Below are positions 11,293-24,445 of a DNA stretch of 64,000 nt, in pieces. The notes below the pieces were generated by a model. The model did no database searches, had not been told where the DNA came from, and worked only from the letters and a program-made list of their open reading frames with translations. The DNA is taken from the NCBI GenBank assembly GCA_013239625.1, contig MU054001.1, positions 5,443,078-5,507,077 of the forward strand, in the 5' to 3' direction. Origin of the DNA: Lama guanicoe (taxonomy: Eukaryota). A program made the position numbers and the translations under genes. Each line of letters opens with the position of its first letter. The stretch's first letter is position 1.

Positions 11293-11993
11293 CTGCTGCA
11301 CTGTTCTGACTGGGCTTTCTGGGATGTTCTGAGCATGGAGGAAAGGGGTGCAGGGCTCAGACAGGTGGAAGAGGAGTGCTGCGGGAAGTAGCCCCATGGA
11401 TCCTGACCTATTGCAATGGTCGCTCCCCACAGAAGGTGAGCAGAGCTGCCCACTGTTGGACCACAAAAGATGAATTGCTTTGCTCTGAGGTGTAGACATC
11501 TACCCAATGACACAGGCTCCACAAATATCAACAAGGAGACGTGTGCAAATATCCAGTTTATCCCATTTGGATCAAGGTATTTTTCAACCCAAATTTAACC
11601 ATTTATCTTGTCTCAGAATGCTTGCTAATCTTTCACCCTTCACTTTGGAAAATATAGGATCACCTAGGCAATATGAAATGATTTTTCTGCCCTTTCTCTT
11701 CCTTTAACATAATTAATATTTACTGAGTGCCAACTGTGCCAGGTACTCAAAAGCATTTCTCATTTCTTTCATTGAACAATCTTGCGGAGTGGATATCAAC
11801 ATCTTCTCAAAATAGCAAATCAGTTTCATCTTGCGTACCAACTCCTTATACATTCAAAGAATATTCACTGAGCATTCATTCAGTGAATACCAGAAAATGT
11901 TCTAGTCTCACAGTACAAAATAGTGAACGAAGCAGATTTTTATGGTTATTTATTTCTGTATAACAAGCCTCCCAAGACTTATTGACTTGATAT

Positions 11994-13490
11994 AGAAAAA
12001 TTAAACAAGACCTAAATAGATAGAAAAATGTGCTCATGAATTGGAAGGCTCAATTGTTTAGTTACTGTTAAGATGTCAGTTCTCCTCAAATTGATCTACA
12101 TATTCAGTACAAACCCAATTAAAATCCCAGAAGGTGTCTTCGTAGAAATTGACAGGCTGATGCTAAAATTTACATGGAAAAGTAAGGAATCTAAAGTGAC
12201 CTGAACAATCTTGAAAGAGAAGAACAAAGTTGTAAGACTCACACTACTTGAATTTAAGACTTACTATAAAGCTACATAACTGAGATAGTGTGGTACTGGT
12301 GTTAGGATAAGCACATAGATCAATTGAACAGAATAGTGTCCAGAAATAGACCTTCACTATATGATTAATTGACAAAATTACCAAGATAATTCAATAGAGG
12401 AAAGATAGGCTTTACAACCAACAGTGCTGGAATAACCCAACTACAAAAACATGAAGCTTAATCAATACCTGCACCGAAGTCAGAAACCCTGAAAAAGTCA
12501 TAGATCCAAACATAAAACCTAAAACTCTAACATTTCTACAAGAAATTATACGAGGAAATCTTTGTGATCTTGGTTCAGGTAAAGATTTCATAGATATAAC
12601 ACAGTAATCCACAACTAATTTGAAAAATTGAACATCATCAAAATTAAAATATCCACTCTTCAAAAGACACAGGTGAAAAAATGAAAAGATAAGCCACACA
12701 CAAAAAGAAAATATTTGTAAAACACATATCAGATAAAGGATTTCTATCCAGAATATTAAAAAAATACTTACAATTTAATAATAGAAATTTGTAAAAATGG
12801 GAAAGAATTTAAATAGCCACTTTAATGAAGAAGTTAGACAAACAGAAAATAATCATATGAAAAGATGGGCAACATCATTAGTCATTAGGGGAATGCAAAT
12901 TAAAACTATGAGATAGAACTACACACTCAAAAGAACAGCTGAAGAAAGAACTGACAGCACAAAGTGCCAACAAGCATAAGGAACAACTGGAACTCTCACA
13001 TGTTGCTGGCAGGAGATGGTATAATCACTTTGGAAAATAGTTTGCATGTTTCTTATAAAGTTAAACATATATATAATCCAGCAATCCTCATTCATAGATA
13101 TTTACCCAAAATAAACCAAAACATGTTCACACAAAGACTTGTACACAAATATTTATAGCAGCTTTATTAATAACAACAACCATTAAATGTCCATCAACAG
13201 GTAATTGGATAAAAATCAACGTACATCCACACAATGGAATACTACCTGGGAATGAAAAGTAATAGACTACTAATACATGCAAAAACATGTAAAAATGAAA
13301 AATATCAGATTGCAAAGACTACAATCTGTTTGATTCCATTTACTTGAATTTTTGAGAAAGAAAAAAACTATATAGACAGAAATTAGGTCAGTGATGTTAG
13401 AGGCTGGGGTGAGGGTATGGGATTGAGAGGGCTACAAAGGAAATTCAAGTGTGATGATGGTGGTTACACAACGATATGTATTAGTCAAAA
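11994..13490 (+). mobile_element. Old L1 (L1MC/MD-like) ORF2 3' half and 3'UTR
   Basis: 'aagatgtcagttctcctcaaattgatctaca', 'tttaagacttactataaagctaca', 'gaaaagatgggcaacatcattagtcattagggg'; many stops. Confidence 0.88.
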
Positions 13491-13559
13491 TGATGTCTTT
13501 TCTTAAATCTACATTTTCTAATTGTTGCTAGGACCTAAAGATATCTTAGATTTTATACT

Positions 13560-13990
13560 ACTATTTTAATTTCTTTAATAGTTATATCTATTTAGTTTTT
13601 CTATTTTGAGTAGTCAATTTTGTAAAAGATGTCAACTTTTTCTATAAATTTTCAGATTGGCATTGGCATAAAGTTGCTCTTGATATTCTTTTATTATTTT
13701 TTTTCATCTCTACTGAATCAGTAATTACATCTCCTTTTTCAGAACTAATACTTTGTATTTGTCTATTTTTATCTTAATTGAATTTACCAGAGGCTTGTTT
13801 CATTAAGCTTCTCAAAAGCCTGGTTTTTGTTTTATTTCATTATCTTTTATTGTTTCTTTATGTTCTTTTTAATGAATTTTTGCTCTTATCTCTACTATTT
13901 ATTTCTGTTACTTTATTGGGCTTGCTCTGTGATCTTCTATAGTATCTTCTTTGGATAAATAAATATCAATCACTCAATATTTTTCTTTTG
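13560..13990 (-). mobile_element. Old L1 ORF2 fragment
   Basis: T-rich antisense L1 motifs 'aaattttcagattggcattggcataaagttgctc'. Confidence 0.65.
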
Positions 13991-14019
13991 TGATTATAAT
14001 GATGAGTAATTGTCTCATG

Positions 14020-14510
14020 TTTGAAAAATGTATAGAGAGTTTAACAAATACTAAGTTTCTATCACCTGTATAAAAACTAAGATGCTATGGAAACAATTCT
14101 ATTCCCCTCCTAGCCCTTCATACTCAGAAGTAACCACTATCTTGATTTTAGAGGCTATCATGACTACATATATTTTATGTTTTTATTATGTATGTATACT
14201 CCCACAAACAATATATCATAATATAGTATTACTATGTATGGATGATTTTAAACTATAAATGGAATCACATTGTAGATATCCTTCTAAAATGTGGGGGCAG
14301 TTTTTTGGCTCAACATTAAGTTGTTGAGATTTAAGTAAGTAAACTTGGTTTTAGTTTGTTCAATTAACTGATATATAGTATTCACTCATTCATTTTTTAT
14401 TTGAATATACACAATTTGTCTACTTTCCCATTAATGAATATTTAGGTTGAGTTCCAATTTTTTGCAATAATAAGTAATGCTGCAACAGACATGCTTGTAA
14501 ATTCTGTGTC
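14020..14510 (-). mobile_element. Old L1 3' end (L1ME-like)
   Basis: 'cagaagtaaccactatcttgattt', 'atttaggttgagttccaattttttgcaata...aatgctgcaacagacatgcttgta'. Confidence 0.75.
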
Positions 14511-15518
14511 TTTTGTATCTTTAATAATTTTAAGAATACCTACTTTTAAATATTTTATGAATTTCTCTGGTAACCAAAGTTCTTGGTGTTTTAATCCTCT
14601 TTTTGCCATTTATATATTTATCTATCTATCCATTTATCTATCTAAACATTTATATAACACTCACAATGCCTTAGACACTTAAACAAATGTAAAATTATTT
14701 AATATTGTTTTGTCTTTTGGTGCTCACATGTTTCCTTGTATGTTTTATAATTGCTGATTGTGGATTCATCTATAATCTCGCTCGCTCTGTGTAACTTCTA
14801 TGGCAAGGGAAATGGAAGTACTCCTCCACAAGAGTCTTGCTTTACTCCTGCCAGGTATCTGAAGAGTAACAACATTGGCTTAGAATCAGTTTATATCTTA
14901 ATTTTTCAATTTGGGTTTCAAGGAGAAATCAGAAAGAATAGATTTGGATCTTACATTTGCATAAAGCACAAAATGGAGATTTTGATTTCTTAAGGATAAT
15001 ATTTTTCACCCAGAGCAAAGCATAGACATGCTTCCTTCTCTCTTAATGTTGATAGGAATTTTTTCCAGAGAATCTTATCTCTACAGATCAACAATTCAAG
15101 CATCCTGGCTCCATTCCAATTTCCTGCCTTATTCAGACTCAAGACTGCATCTCCTCTACCTGAATTTGACTAAAAGTTTAATTACTTCACCTAATAACAC
15201 ACTCAACCCTCCTTCTCCCAGAGAAGCTACACCATGAGCTCACATGACTTCCTTCTTCTTTAGAGTTTCATTTATGTTTCTGGCATTTGAAGATTTTCCT
15301 TTCTTTCCTGTAGGATCAGCCATGCACTCTTGTCCCTGCTGTTACAGTTTAGCTAGAGTTTCTGAGGAGTTATACTACTCTGGTCAGCCTCTACTCATTG
15401 ATCAGAATGCTCTTTGAAAACATAAATCAAATTTCATCTCTCCCTTGTCTGACACCTTCCAAAGAACTGATTCCAGCCTGATGGCAAACTAAAATCGTCA
15501 GAGTAAGTTCCAGCTATA

Positions 15519-16005
15519 CAGGCATATCTCAGAGATATTATGGGTTTAGTTCCAGACTACTGTAATAGAGGGAATATTGCAATAAAGCAAGTCACATGAA
15601 TTTTCTGGTTTCCCAGTACATATAAAAGCTGTGTTTACACTATATTGTAGTCTACTAAGTGTGCAATAGCATTATGTCTAAAAAAACAATGTACATACAT
15701 TAATTTAACAATACTTTACTGCTAAAAAATAAATCCTATCATCTGAGTCTTCGGTAAGTCGTCTTTTTGCAATGGTAACATCAAAGATCACTGATCACAG
15801 ATCACCAAAACAAATATAATAATGATGAAAAAGTTTGAAATACTGTGAGAATTACCACAATGTAACACAGAGACACAAAGTGAGTAAACGCTGTTGGAAA
15901 AATGGCACCAGTAGTCTTGATTGACACAGGGCTGCCTGCATCAATTTGTAAAAAAGAAATAAATAAAGCAACGTCTGTGAAGCACACTAAAACAAGGAGT
16001 GCCCT
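15519..16005 (-). mobile_element. Tigger1-derived non-autonomous DNA transposon (Tigger1a-type internal deletion)
   Basis: TA then TIR 'caggcatatctc'; both Tigger1 ends joined ('gttccagactactgtaata', 'catcaaagatcactgatcacagatcacc'). Confidence 0.9.
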
Positions 16006-16124
16006 ACTACATTAAGAATAATAAGCCCATAACTGGGCTCATGGGAAAGAGTCATGATCCATTAGAAATACCAGCCTAGGCACAGGAAGCAGAGTGGCAG
16101 CTTGCACACCAGAGACCTCCTAAC

Positions 16125-16210
16125 CCTGTTTGGTCTGTCCTTTTTCACAGAGATAAACTGAGACACAGAGAAGTTCAGTGATTTGCCCAAAGTCGCACAG
16201 CTGGAAGATA
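16125..16210 (-). mobile_element. MIR core fragment
   Basis: 'aaactgagacacagagaagttcagtgatttgcccaaagtcgcacagct'. Confidence 0.75.
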
Positions 16211-16349
16211 TGTTTAGCCCTTTTATTCTACAGATGGTTTTCTTCACTTTAATTCTGTTGCTAAAGATATCATGATTTATATAAACTAAAGTCAGATTCT
16301 AATTAATTCCAAATATCTAGGCCCCAGAGACTTTTCTCAGTATTGACAA

Positions 16350-16530
16350 AAGAAAGATGAACAAGAAATGGTCCCTGCCCTTGAGGAGTCCACACTCAAG
16401 CAAGCTTTAAATAAGGACAAGGGAAAATAAGGGCTACAGCAGCTGAATATACATGGTGGTCCGGAAAAAAACAGAAGCAGTAGCTGAGCTCATTGCGGAG
16501 GTCAGGGAGGTGATGTTTAATCTATGCAAA
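16350..16530 (-). mobile_element. L2 3' fragment
   Basis: 'agatgaacaagaaatggtccctgcccttgaggagtccacactc'. Confidence 0.6.
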
Positions 16531-16900
16531 ATCTATTCAGATTTGTTTGGTCGTACATCTAGTCCAGGGGTGGAATAAGAAAATGTTCTATTTTTAACTC
16601 TGTATTCGTTCATGTCATTCCATAAATATTTACTTAAATATTTGCTGAGTTCTCTCCTCACATCAGGTTCCTCATGGCAAAAGCCAAGGGAGAAGAATGA
16701 CTGGGGAAAAAGCTACCCTTGAAACAGGGGGTGGTGACAGGACAACTTCTCCCAAGGTTACAGGCACCAGGCAAAGCCAAGCTGACAATGGAAAAAATAT
16801 AAGGTTTGGAAAATTTGGCTCCCAAGCACATCAGAGTCCCAGGAAACTTGTGGAATATCCTCTTTCCCTATGAAAACATGATTTTGGGGAAAACACATAT

Positions 16901-17465
16901 TATATTAGTCAGTGTTCCTCGGAGAAACAGAATAGGAGAACTAGAGAGAGAAGCAATAAGATAAATATCTATATACAGATATATCTGTAGATGTATACAG
17001 ACAGAGATATTTATAGATGTATGTCTTACTGGTTAGATCCTCAGGAAATATATGTATTTATTTAAAGATATATATAATGATATATAATGATTTATAATGA
17101 TATACACATGAGTCTGAGAAGTACCAAGATCTGCAGTCACCAAGCTGGAGACCCAGAGAATTGATAGTGTAAGTTCCAGTCCGTCCAAGTCCAAAGACAG
17201 AAGACCAGTGTTTCGGTTCAAGGACAATCGTATAGACAGAGCAAATTCTCCCCTTCTCAGCCTTTTGTGTCCTATTCTGGTCTCCGAGAGATTGGATAAG
17301 GGTCACCCACATTGGGGAAGGCAATCTGCTTTAATCAGTCTACTGATTCAAATGTTAACCTCATCCAGAAACATCCCTTACCCCAGACACATCCAGAAAT
17401 AAAGTGTGACCAAATATCTGCGTACCCGATGGCCCAGTCAAGTTGACACAAAATTAACTATCACA
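16901..17465 (-). mobile_element. ERVL solo LTR (MLT2B-like)
   Basis: Ends 'ggcccagtcaagttgacacaaaattaactatcaca'; perfect 5-bp TSD catat (16896-16900, 17466-17470). Confidence 0.9.
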
Positions 17466-17739
17466 CATATATTATATCTACCATTTATATCTAAGTGTGA
17501 ATATAAGTTTGAAATGTAACTCTCTCAGAAGTAATTAAGTTTAAATTTTATGATAAATAAAATATTTCCATAGACTTGAGATTTTAATTTTAGGGGAAAT
17601 ATGAGTATTTGGGGGAGAGTATGGAGTAAGGGCTTTACCACGTCATTGTTTTACCTATTCCACTAGGACCACCCCTGCACACAACATCCAGAATAGTCAA
17701 TATATGCTCACTGGGTTGGAAGATGTTTTGCATTCTTCT

Positions 17740-18261
17740 TGTTCCCCCTTGAGAACCCCCTCAGCCCCACGTCATCTCCCAGTCACTGTGGCAGGGACTG
17801 GGTCCTCCTAGGCTGTGGTCATCCGTGTGCAGGTGGCATCAGACCATCGTCTCCCCCTGGGCCTGCACTGGGCACATCTCAGTTCCTGCTTGGGGTGCCC
17901 ACTTGAGCCCACTCTGTGCTTAATTAACACCCATGACCTGGAAATGTAAGGAAGGAAACCCCATGGGACCTCTTTTGATCAACAGGGACCTGGAGCCATT
18001 GGGTAGATGCTTCCCGCTTTGGTCCTTTGGGCAGAGAGTTCTCAGGCACATTTTATAAAGCTCTTCAGAAAATCCTAGCAGAATCAACTACCAGTTGCCC
18101 ATAGCAATAGCCAACTCAATAATCCATCATTTTGTTGGCTTTCCCTCCTTCCCTTCTCATTCTTCTGACCTGTACTCCCTAGAATCTCACTCCCAAATAA
18201 ACTACCTTGAATGGAAAGCCTTTGTCTCAGCTTCTGATTTCTGCATAACTCAGACTAAGAC
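17740..18261 (+). mobile_element. ERVL LTR (LTR16-like)
   Basis: 'ctcccaaataaactaccttg...tttgtctcag...cagactaagac' LTR16 3' end. Confidence 0.75.
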
Positions 18262-19923
18262 CATCGGGTTTTGTTATTTTATTCTGCCCTTAAAAGTCTT
18301 TCTAATAAGTCAGAAGTTGCAGTTACATTCCGTGACTAATCTAAAAATTCAACAGGAGTCCCAAAATGTCACCATGACTTCTTTCAAGATGCAGCCACTT
18401 AAAATTAGCTGGTCAAAGAATCAGAACTAACCCCAGAGATAAACCTGCACTTGCTCTGCAGAAACATATTGAAGGCTCTTAAAAGCTATTTTCAAGTCTA
18501 TTTTCCCAAGGTTTCTGATTGCAGACCAGTCTGTCAGCAAGGCTGCCTGTGTCATTAATGCTTCATTTTATTTTATTTATTTTGTCCAAAACACAGAAAA
18601 GTCAGTGATACCATTCATCATGACTGCCAGAAGCCTGTATCAGTAAAGTCACCCGCTCCTTGTAAGGAGGTAACACTCAGCCAAGCATTACTCATCACTT
18701 CATAGAGGGGATCTGTGTTAATGGGGCCAGAAAGAAGGCTATGGGTTCTCAGCAACCCCCTCCATGGAGACACCCTGCCAGGCCATGTGACGGTGGCCAT
18801 TGCGCAGCAGAGGTGTGTTGTTGGCACTCAAGCCCCTTTTGCTTAATCCAAGAGAGCAGGGCCAGCCCCCTGCATGTCACTGGTACCCTAAATCTAGTTA
18901 ACACTTATGGGAGATTCACCATGTCACAGACAGCTTCTCTAAGGCAAGGTTAGGCGTGTGGACCTGAATTTGGTTTGCACTACTTCAGATTCCTTGGGTT
19001 CAAGGGTCAGGTGCTTGTGCAATTCTTCTGTGAAAGACAGCACTATGTAGTCAAAGATCGGCAGCCCAGAAGGCCTGCATTCCTAGGCTGGCCTGCCTGC
19101 AGTCAACTCGGCTCCACCACCACTCCCTTCCAAGGCCGGGAGCTGCATTTTCCAGAATCCCCTTTGCTTATAGTTCCAGGTAAGCTTGCCAACGAAAGAA
19201 ACACATGTGAATCTTACTCTCACAGCCCACAGAGTTCTGACCAATACACCAACCTCTTGCTCAGAATTCCTAGACCCTACTACACACCAAGAGAGGGACA
19301 GGAGCCATTATGAATGACACCATCTTGAGTTACTCAAAAATAGTTCTTGCTCACAATCAACAATTCCCCCAAGGGGCCCAAAATAACTGGACAGATTTCG
19401 TTCCCTAAGAGTTGGTTTCCTAATTTCGGGTGTTTATACCAGCGCTTTTGACCCTCTTCCTAGTTTGAGAGTCTCCTTATTAGCATCCCAGAGCTCTTAC
19501 CATCAGTCCCAAAGGCCTGTTCACCAAATCTTCACACCAGTAGAACCTCTGATGGCTGGCCTCCCTAGGCCAGAATTCCTTAAGTGCATGTGCAGAAGAG
19601 AACACACAATTTAAAAGACATGCTGCTATCCTGGAGGAATTTCAGCCCTTAAATGGTTGAACAGTGACATCTCCCAGCGATGCGGGAGCCATTGTCAGAT
19701 TCATGGCCAAGGTGGCCAGGGCTTGGTGAAGGGGTGGATTGTAATGACCACAGGCTGGGGTGACTGCTCTGGTGTCTGAGAAAAGGAAGAAGAGCTGCTT
19801 CGGGGCCCCACCCCAGTGCCTTCCATTTGGGGCTGGTCTCATACAAGTTTCTCAGTCAATTTTTCCTGCAGCTGCTGAACGTCTCATGTGCTCTTTACTG
19901 TGAAAATACGGCAGCTCTGTGAC

Positions 19924-20399
19924 TATATCCATCAGAATCTGCATCCACCTGCCAGTAACAGAGGCTGGAAAGGACAGGGGCTTGTACAAGGCTGACAAGG
20001 TGGGCAGTCTGGGGCAGAGTCACCAGAGACCCAGGCTCCTGCCAACTTTCTTCTCCACAGCCTTCTGCCTGTGGCACCCATTCTCAAAGTCACCTTGTCA
20101 TTCCAGATGGCTGCTAGAGTCCTGACCATCACATTGTGGTCCAGGGAAGAAGCAAAAGAAGAAGGGGTAAAAGGCACAAAGGGCATGTACTACCTGTAAG
20201 TCTGCGTCTTCAGGGACTTCCCTGTAAGTCCCACCCAAAAGCCTCTGCTTATACCTCATTGGCACCCCTGGCTGCAAAGAGGCCAGAAAGGGTGGTCATG
20301 CAGCCAGATGCATTGGTGCCTGAAAGAACACCAAATCTCTGTCACCAAGGAAGGAGGAGGACATGGACAGGAGACAGGCCACCAGGAGTCTCTGCCCCA
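19924..20399 (-). mobile_element. Old MaLR LTR (MLT1J/K/L-like)
   Basis: 'ccagatggctgctagagtcctgaccatcac', 'ctgcttatacctcattggc', terminal 'gagtctctgcccca'. Confidence 0.7.
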
Positions 20400-20449
20400 G
20401 GGGTCAGGAGCAGGAGGGTGCTGGAGGCAAACCTGACTCTGAAGCCAAG

Positions 20450-20590
20450 TAACTGAGTTTCACTTGGCCTCCCAGAACCCAGCTCATCCATCTGCAAGAT
20501 GGGAATGATAACAAAGCAACCTCAAGAGGTGATTAAACGAGGTGAGCACCTGGGGTGGTCCCTACAGCACTAGGCATGCACTTAACGCAG
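20450..20590 (+). mobile_element. MIR fragment
   Basis: 'catctgcaagatgggaatgataacaaagcaacctca...gattaaacgag'. Confidence 0.6.
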
Positions 20591-20760
20591 GGAAGTCAGC
20601 ACCTTCGTCAGTCTGGACTCGGCAGGTGACCCGAAACAGTTTTCCTCCCTTTCCTGTCCTGCATCGACCTGGCCAGCTGTTCCCGCAGCTTCTTGTCCAC
20701 TTCCGGGTATGAAACACTCCAGTCTTGCTCAGTCCAATTCAATCTGGTTCAAAATTCTCA

Positions 20761-20866
20761 ATATGTATGTATGCATATATATAATCGAATCACTTTTCTG
20801 TTAACACCTGAAACTAACTTGCAAATCAGCTACACTTCAATAAAAAATTAAATTAATAAAAAAAAA
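20761..20866 (+). mobile_element. Short L1 3' end
   Basis: 'gaatcacttttctgttaacacctgaaactaac...aaatcagctacacttcaataaaaaa' + poly(A). Confidence 0.85.
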
Positions 20867-20889
20867 CCCTCTCATCTCTATTTAAGCTC

Positions 20890-21272
20890 CCCCACCCCAC
20901 CCCACGCTATGGCAGAGGCTGTGAGTGGGGCTCTCAGCACTCATCATTCTAGCACATGCTGGGGGCCACCCACAAGCACCCACGGCCTGAGGACTTCCCT
21001 GCCGTGCACAGGACGCCACCAGATGTGGGACCAGCCTGCAGTGAGTGGCAGTGGGAGCTGCAGGGTAAATCCCTGCATGATCCTCGGTGGACAGCTCTGA
21101 AGTGGGATTAGCCGCGTGGCTCACAGTAGGAACCGCTAAACATGACACCGTTGATTGGCTTCCTTCCCTCGATAGTCTCAGTTCCCACTTGCTTAGCAGC
21201 TTCCTGGGACTACTGGTCAAGGCAAGTACTCACACTGAATCCCCGCCCGCCTCTTCTTACCCAGGCCAGGCA
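20890..21272 (+). mobile_element. ERVL LTR (LTR16A-like)
   Basis: 'ggtggacagctctga', 'gattggcttccttccctc...gtctcagttcccact...ttcctggga'. Confidence 0.65.
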
Positions 21273-22689
21273 ATGGGGAGGTGCCAGCACGGGCCAGAAC
21301 ATCCGGTTCTCATTTCCCGCATTCCTTCTGTGCTCCGGCTCCTCCTGCGATGAGCAGGGAGAGGAAGACAGAGGCTTTTCCCCTCGCTGAGGCTGCTGGG
21401 CCCTTTCTGCCCCATCTAACCCCATCAGTGCATGTGTGTCTTGTAGGGTTTCATGGGGAGGATGTCAGGCAGCCGCTGTGCTGTTCCCTGACGTGAGCGA
21501 TGCCCTCTATCTGACCTCTGTCCATAGCCCCTCAGTCCCCCCACCCCCGTACTCCTTCCACACAGCCTCTCCAAGCCAAAGCCCAAAGCCCCAAGCCCCT
21601 CATTGGCAAGCAGTCTCCTCGGATGAGGACCGCTGAGAAAAGCCAGCCCGCCTGCCTCTGCAGCATCCTCTGGGCCCCGTGGAAGCATCCTGGCTGCATC
21701 AGTGGTGCAAAGTGCCTATAACCCTACTACCCCCTTTCACTGCACCTGCCAGTACAGGCTTCTCTGCCAGCTTCTCACCTTCAGAATCTGTAGACAAGGA
21801 TCTGGCTCCAGTCCCTGCTCTGCTGTACATTCCCAAATTCCCAGGGATGTTCAGTGGGCCGTCCATGAATTCTTCCACTGGCTGCCCCAGAGGACCCACA
21901 GGTTTCATCAGCTCAGCAAGTGCCCTGCTGTGGAGTGAGGTGCTGGCCTCCCTCTCTCTATACAGAGTTTGCTTAGTGTCACCCACCATGTGAAGCCCCC
22001 AGGGAAGAGGGGAACAAAAATGATGCATCACCTCCACCCGACTGGTGACTCAGGACTCCCACAGGTTCCTCAGATCTACCTCATCACTCCAGGGAGGGGA
22101 GTGTGGCGGTGAAGGTGGCTGGAGCATTTCTGCCACCTCTTAGTAAGCCCTGGGGAACCAGTCTGCTGGCAACTTTGCTGCTCTCGGGGCTGCGGAAATT
22201 CTCATTGCCGATCGTCCAGAGCTTGAGGCTTTAATCAGAGTTGTGAGATAACAGGGTAAGCCCCACCCAATGTCCCACAATTCTGTTATTATTATTGTGA
22301 TCGTGATTTAACCAGCTACACTGAGCACATTTAATTCCCAGTGTCCCTCTTCCAGGCAGTCCTCCTGGCTTAGGCACTTGCGGAAACATGGTCACTTGCT
22401 TTATACCTTAGCAGCTCCACACCCTAATTTCCTGATATTCCCCAGAGTCTTACTTTGCTTTCAAGCCTGAGGTTCCCAACCCTGACTGGCACTAGAGATC
22501 CCTGTGGTCTGGCCGGAGGAGGGGGCCTGGAATCAAGTTCTAAGAAGTTGTTCCGGTGACATCACCTTGAAGAGTGTGTGTGCATGTGTGTGTGTGCGTG
22601 TTTATATCTACTCATATGTATGCATGGAGATGATCCTGGGAATCTGTAATGGGAAGGGAACTGGGTGATTGGGGGATGGAAGTGCAAGG

Positions 22690-22842
22690 TCTATATTTCT
22701 AAGAGCCAGCACTCTGCTAGGCATTACATATATAACACATATACATATAATATGTATAATACATATAGTACTTCACTTACTTTCATAACAACTCTCTGCA
22801 GTAGGTGTTATTATTATGCTTATTTTACAGATGAGGAAGCTT
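22690..22842 (-). mobile_element. MIR fragment
   Basis: 'gtaggtgttattattatgcttattttacagatgaggaagc'. Confidence 0.75.
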
Positions 22843-23099
22843 TGTTCTAAAACTTTAAGCTTGCATTACCTACTTAAATAAATGATTGCAGGGGTAGCAG
22901 ACAGATGGATGGACAGATTTAAACTTCTCCAGGCAAACCTATTTCACATCCCCAGTTGAAACCCTCTGCTCTGAGGTTACTAGTCCCACCTCAATAAGTG
23001 CCAAGACTTTCCAGAAGACTCCTGAGGGGGTGGAGCTGGAGGTGAGAGAACCCCTTGGCCGTGGCCTCCACCCACCTGCGCTTAGAGCTGAACTGTAAG

Positions 23100-23460
23100 A
23101 GACTCGGCAGTAATGAGGCCTGGACTGGTGGCTGGAGTTAGCACATTATGGTCTCCGTCTCAATAAATCACTGTCTCCCTGACAAACGGCTCGGGGGTGA
23201 GATCTGAGTCACTCTGTACAATGCTTAAGAAGCGACAGCACCACCAAACATGGTTTGAAGGTGTCAGATGAGCTCATGTGCATGTTAATGGGCTGTGGGA
23301 GCGGCTGGGAGGGGCCGCTCCACTGTAACTTGGTTTCCTCACAGGAATGAGGAAAGCACTTGTACATTAAGGTGACTTGACTTGATTATACCTGAAAACA
23401 AATGAGATCATGCCTGCAAACTCCTTTGAGTTCCTCAAAGAGAGTGAAATACTCTCTGGT
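23100..23460. promoter_or_regulatory. Candidate enhancer-like island
   Basis: Mostly non-repeat; ATAAATCA (PBX-HOX) 23163-23170, TGACA 23180-23184, AP-1 TGAGTCA 23205-23211; motif inference only. Confidence 0.3.
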
Positions 23461-24319
23461 TCGTGAGTAATTCCAAGCTTGCAGGGCGCGCAAACTCTTT
23501 ACCCTCTAATCTGGCCTGCCTTCAGAGCCACCCACAGAGGCAGATGCTTGAAGTCGGCACATGGTTTCTCTTGCCCAGAAATAAGCATCACTCACTTGAG
23601 TCTGATGGGGAAAGGGAGGCTCTCTCACTTCAAGGGCCACTGGGAGTGGCTATGCAACCTTCAGTATCTCCATCGACATTTCTGGACTCGGGGTTGTCCT
23701 CCTGCCTCTCTCTGCATCTGGCAGCTCCACTTGCCTCTGTTCTGACCCAGTTCTGAGCAAGGTCTTCCATCAAGGGGCAAGGCGACTGAGAACCTAAAGC
23801 AGCAAGTTGACATCCCATCCTCAGTGCCCGCAGCATCTCAACAAGTCATTGGCTGGCTGAGGTCAGGCCACCAAACCTGGACCATCCACAGATGGATGGA
23901 AAGATCTCCTTAGACCTAGTAAGCCAATCACACACCCAGCCCCAGAGCCTGGGACAGGGGTGTCTGTCCCACTCAACCACAGGGGCCTGGCGGGTGGGAA
24001 AGAGTTCAGTGAAGAAATGCAGTGTGGCCCCAGGGACTGTGATGAGCTGTGTGTAGAATCATAAAATGGTAGGAATACAAGAAATTTTGGAGAACTTCTC
24101 ATTCCATGCTCTTCTTTTACTGAGGATGAAGCTGAGTCCCAGGGAGGCCACCCTGGACACTGCAACAGAGCTGGGTCAGGCACCTGCCAGCTCTCTTGTC
24201 TCCAGGGCCACAAGAACAGTGCTGGCAGACCCCAAAGATGGGAAGCATGCACCCTGCCCGCCCAGCTGCCCTGAGAGCACTTTTTTAAGATTCTCTCAGA
24301 AATTGTAAGAGATTGAATA

Positions 24320-24445
24320 TCCTGGCTATAGTTTTGCAAAAACCCTTATCATTGGGAGAAAATGGATAAAAGGTGCACAGAATCCCTCTGTATTCTTTCT
24401 TACAACTACATAGGAATCAACAATTATCTTCCTAAAAATATTCAT
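24320..24445 (+). mobile_element. L1MC-like 3' end fragment
   Basis: 'cattgggagaaaatggataaaaggtgcacagaatccctctgtattctttcttacaact'. Confidence 0.7.

Noticed and set aside
16974..16989. 16-bp palindrome tacagatatatctgta
   Set aside because: Falls in the AT-rich microsatellite-like region typical of MLT2 LTRs.
21273..22260. GC-richer block with several overlapping ORFs and a donor-like aacagg|gtaagc at ~22255
   Set aside because: No coherent frame or recognisable protein; the nearest acceptor gives an interval without a convincing ORF; weak resemblance to antisense CR1 was too poor to call.
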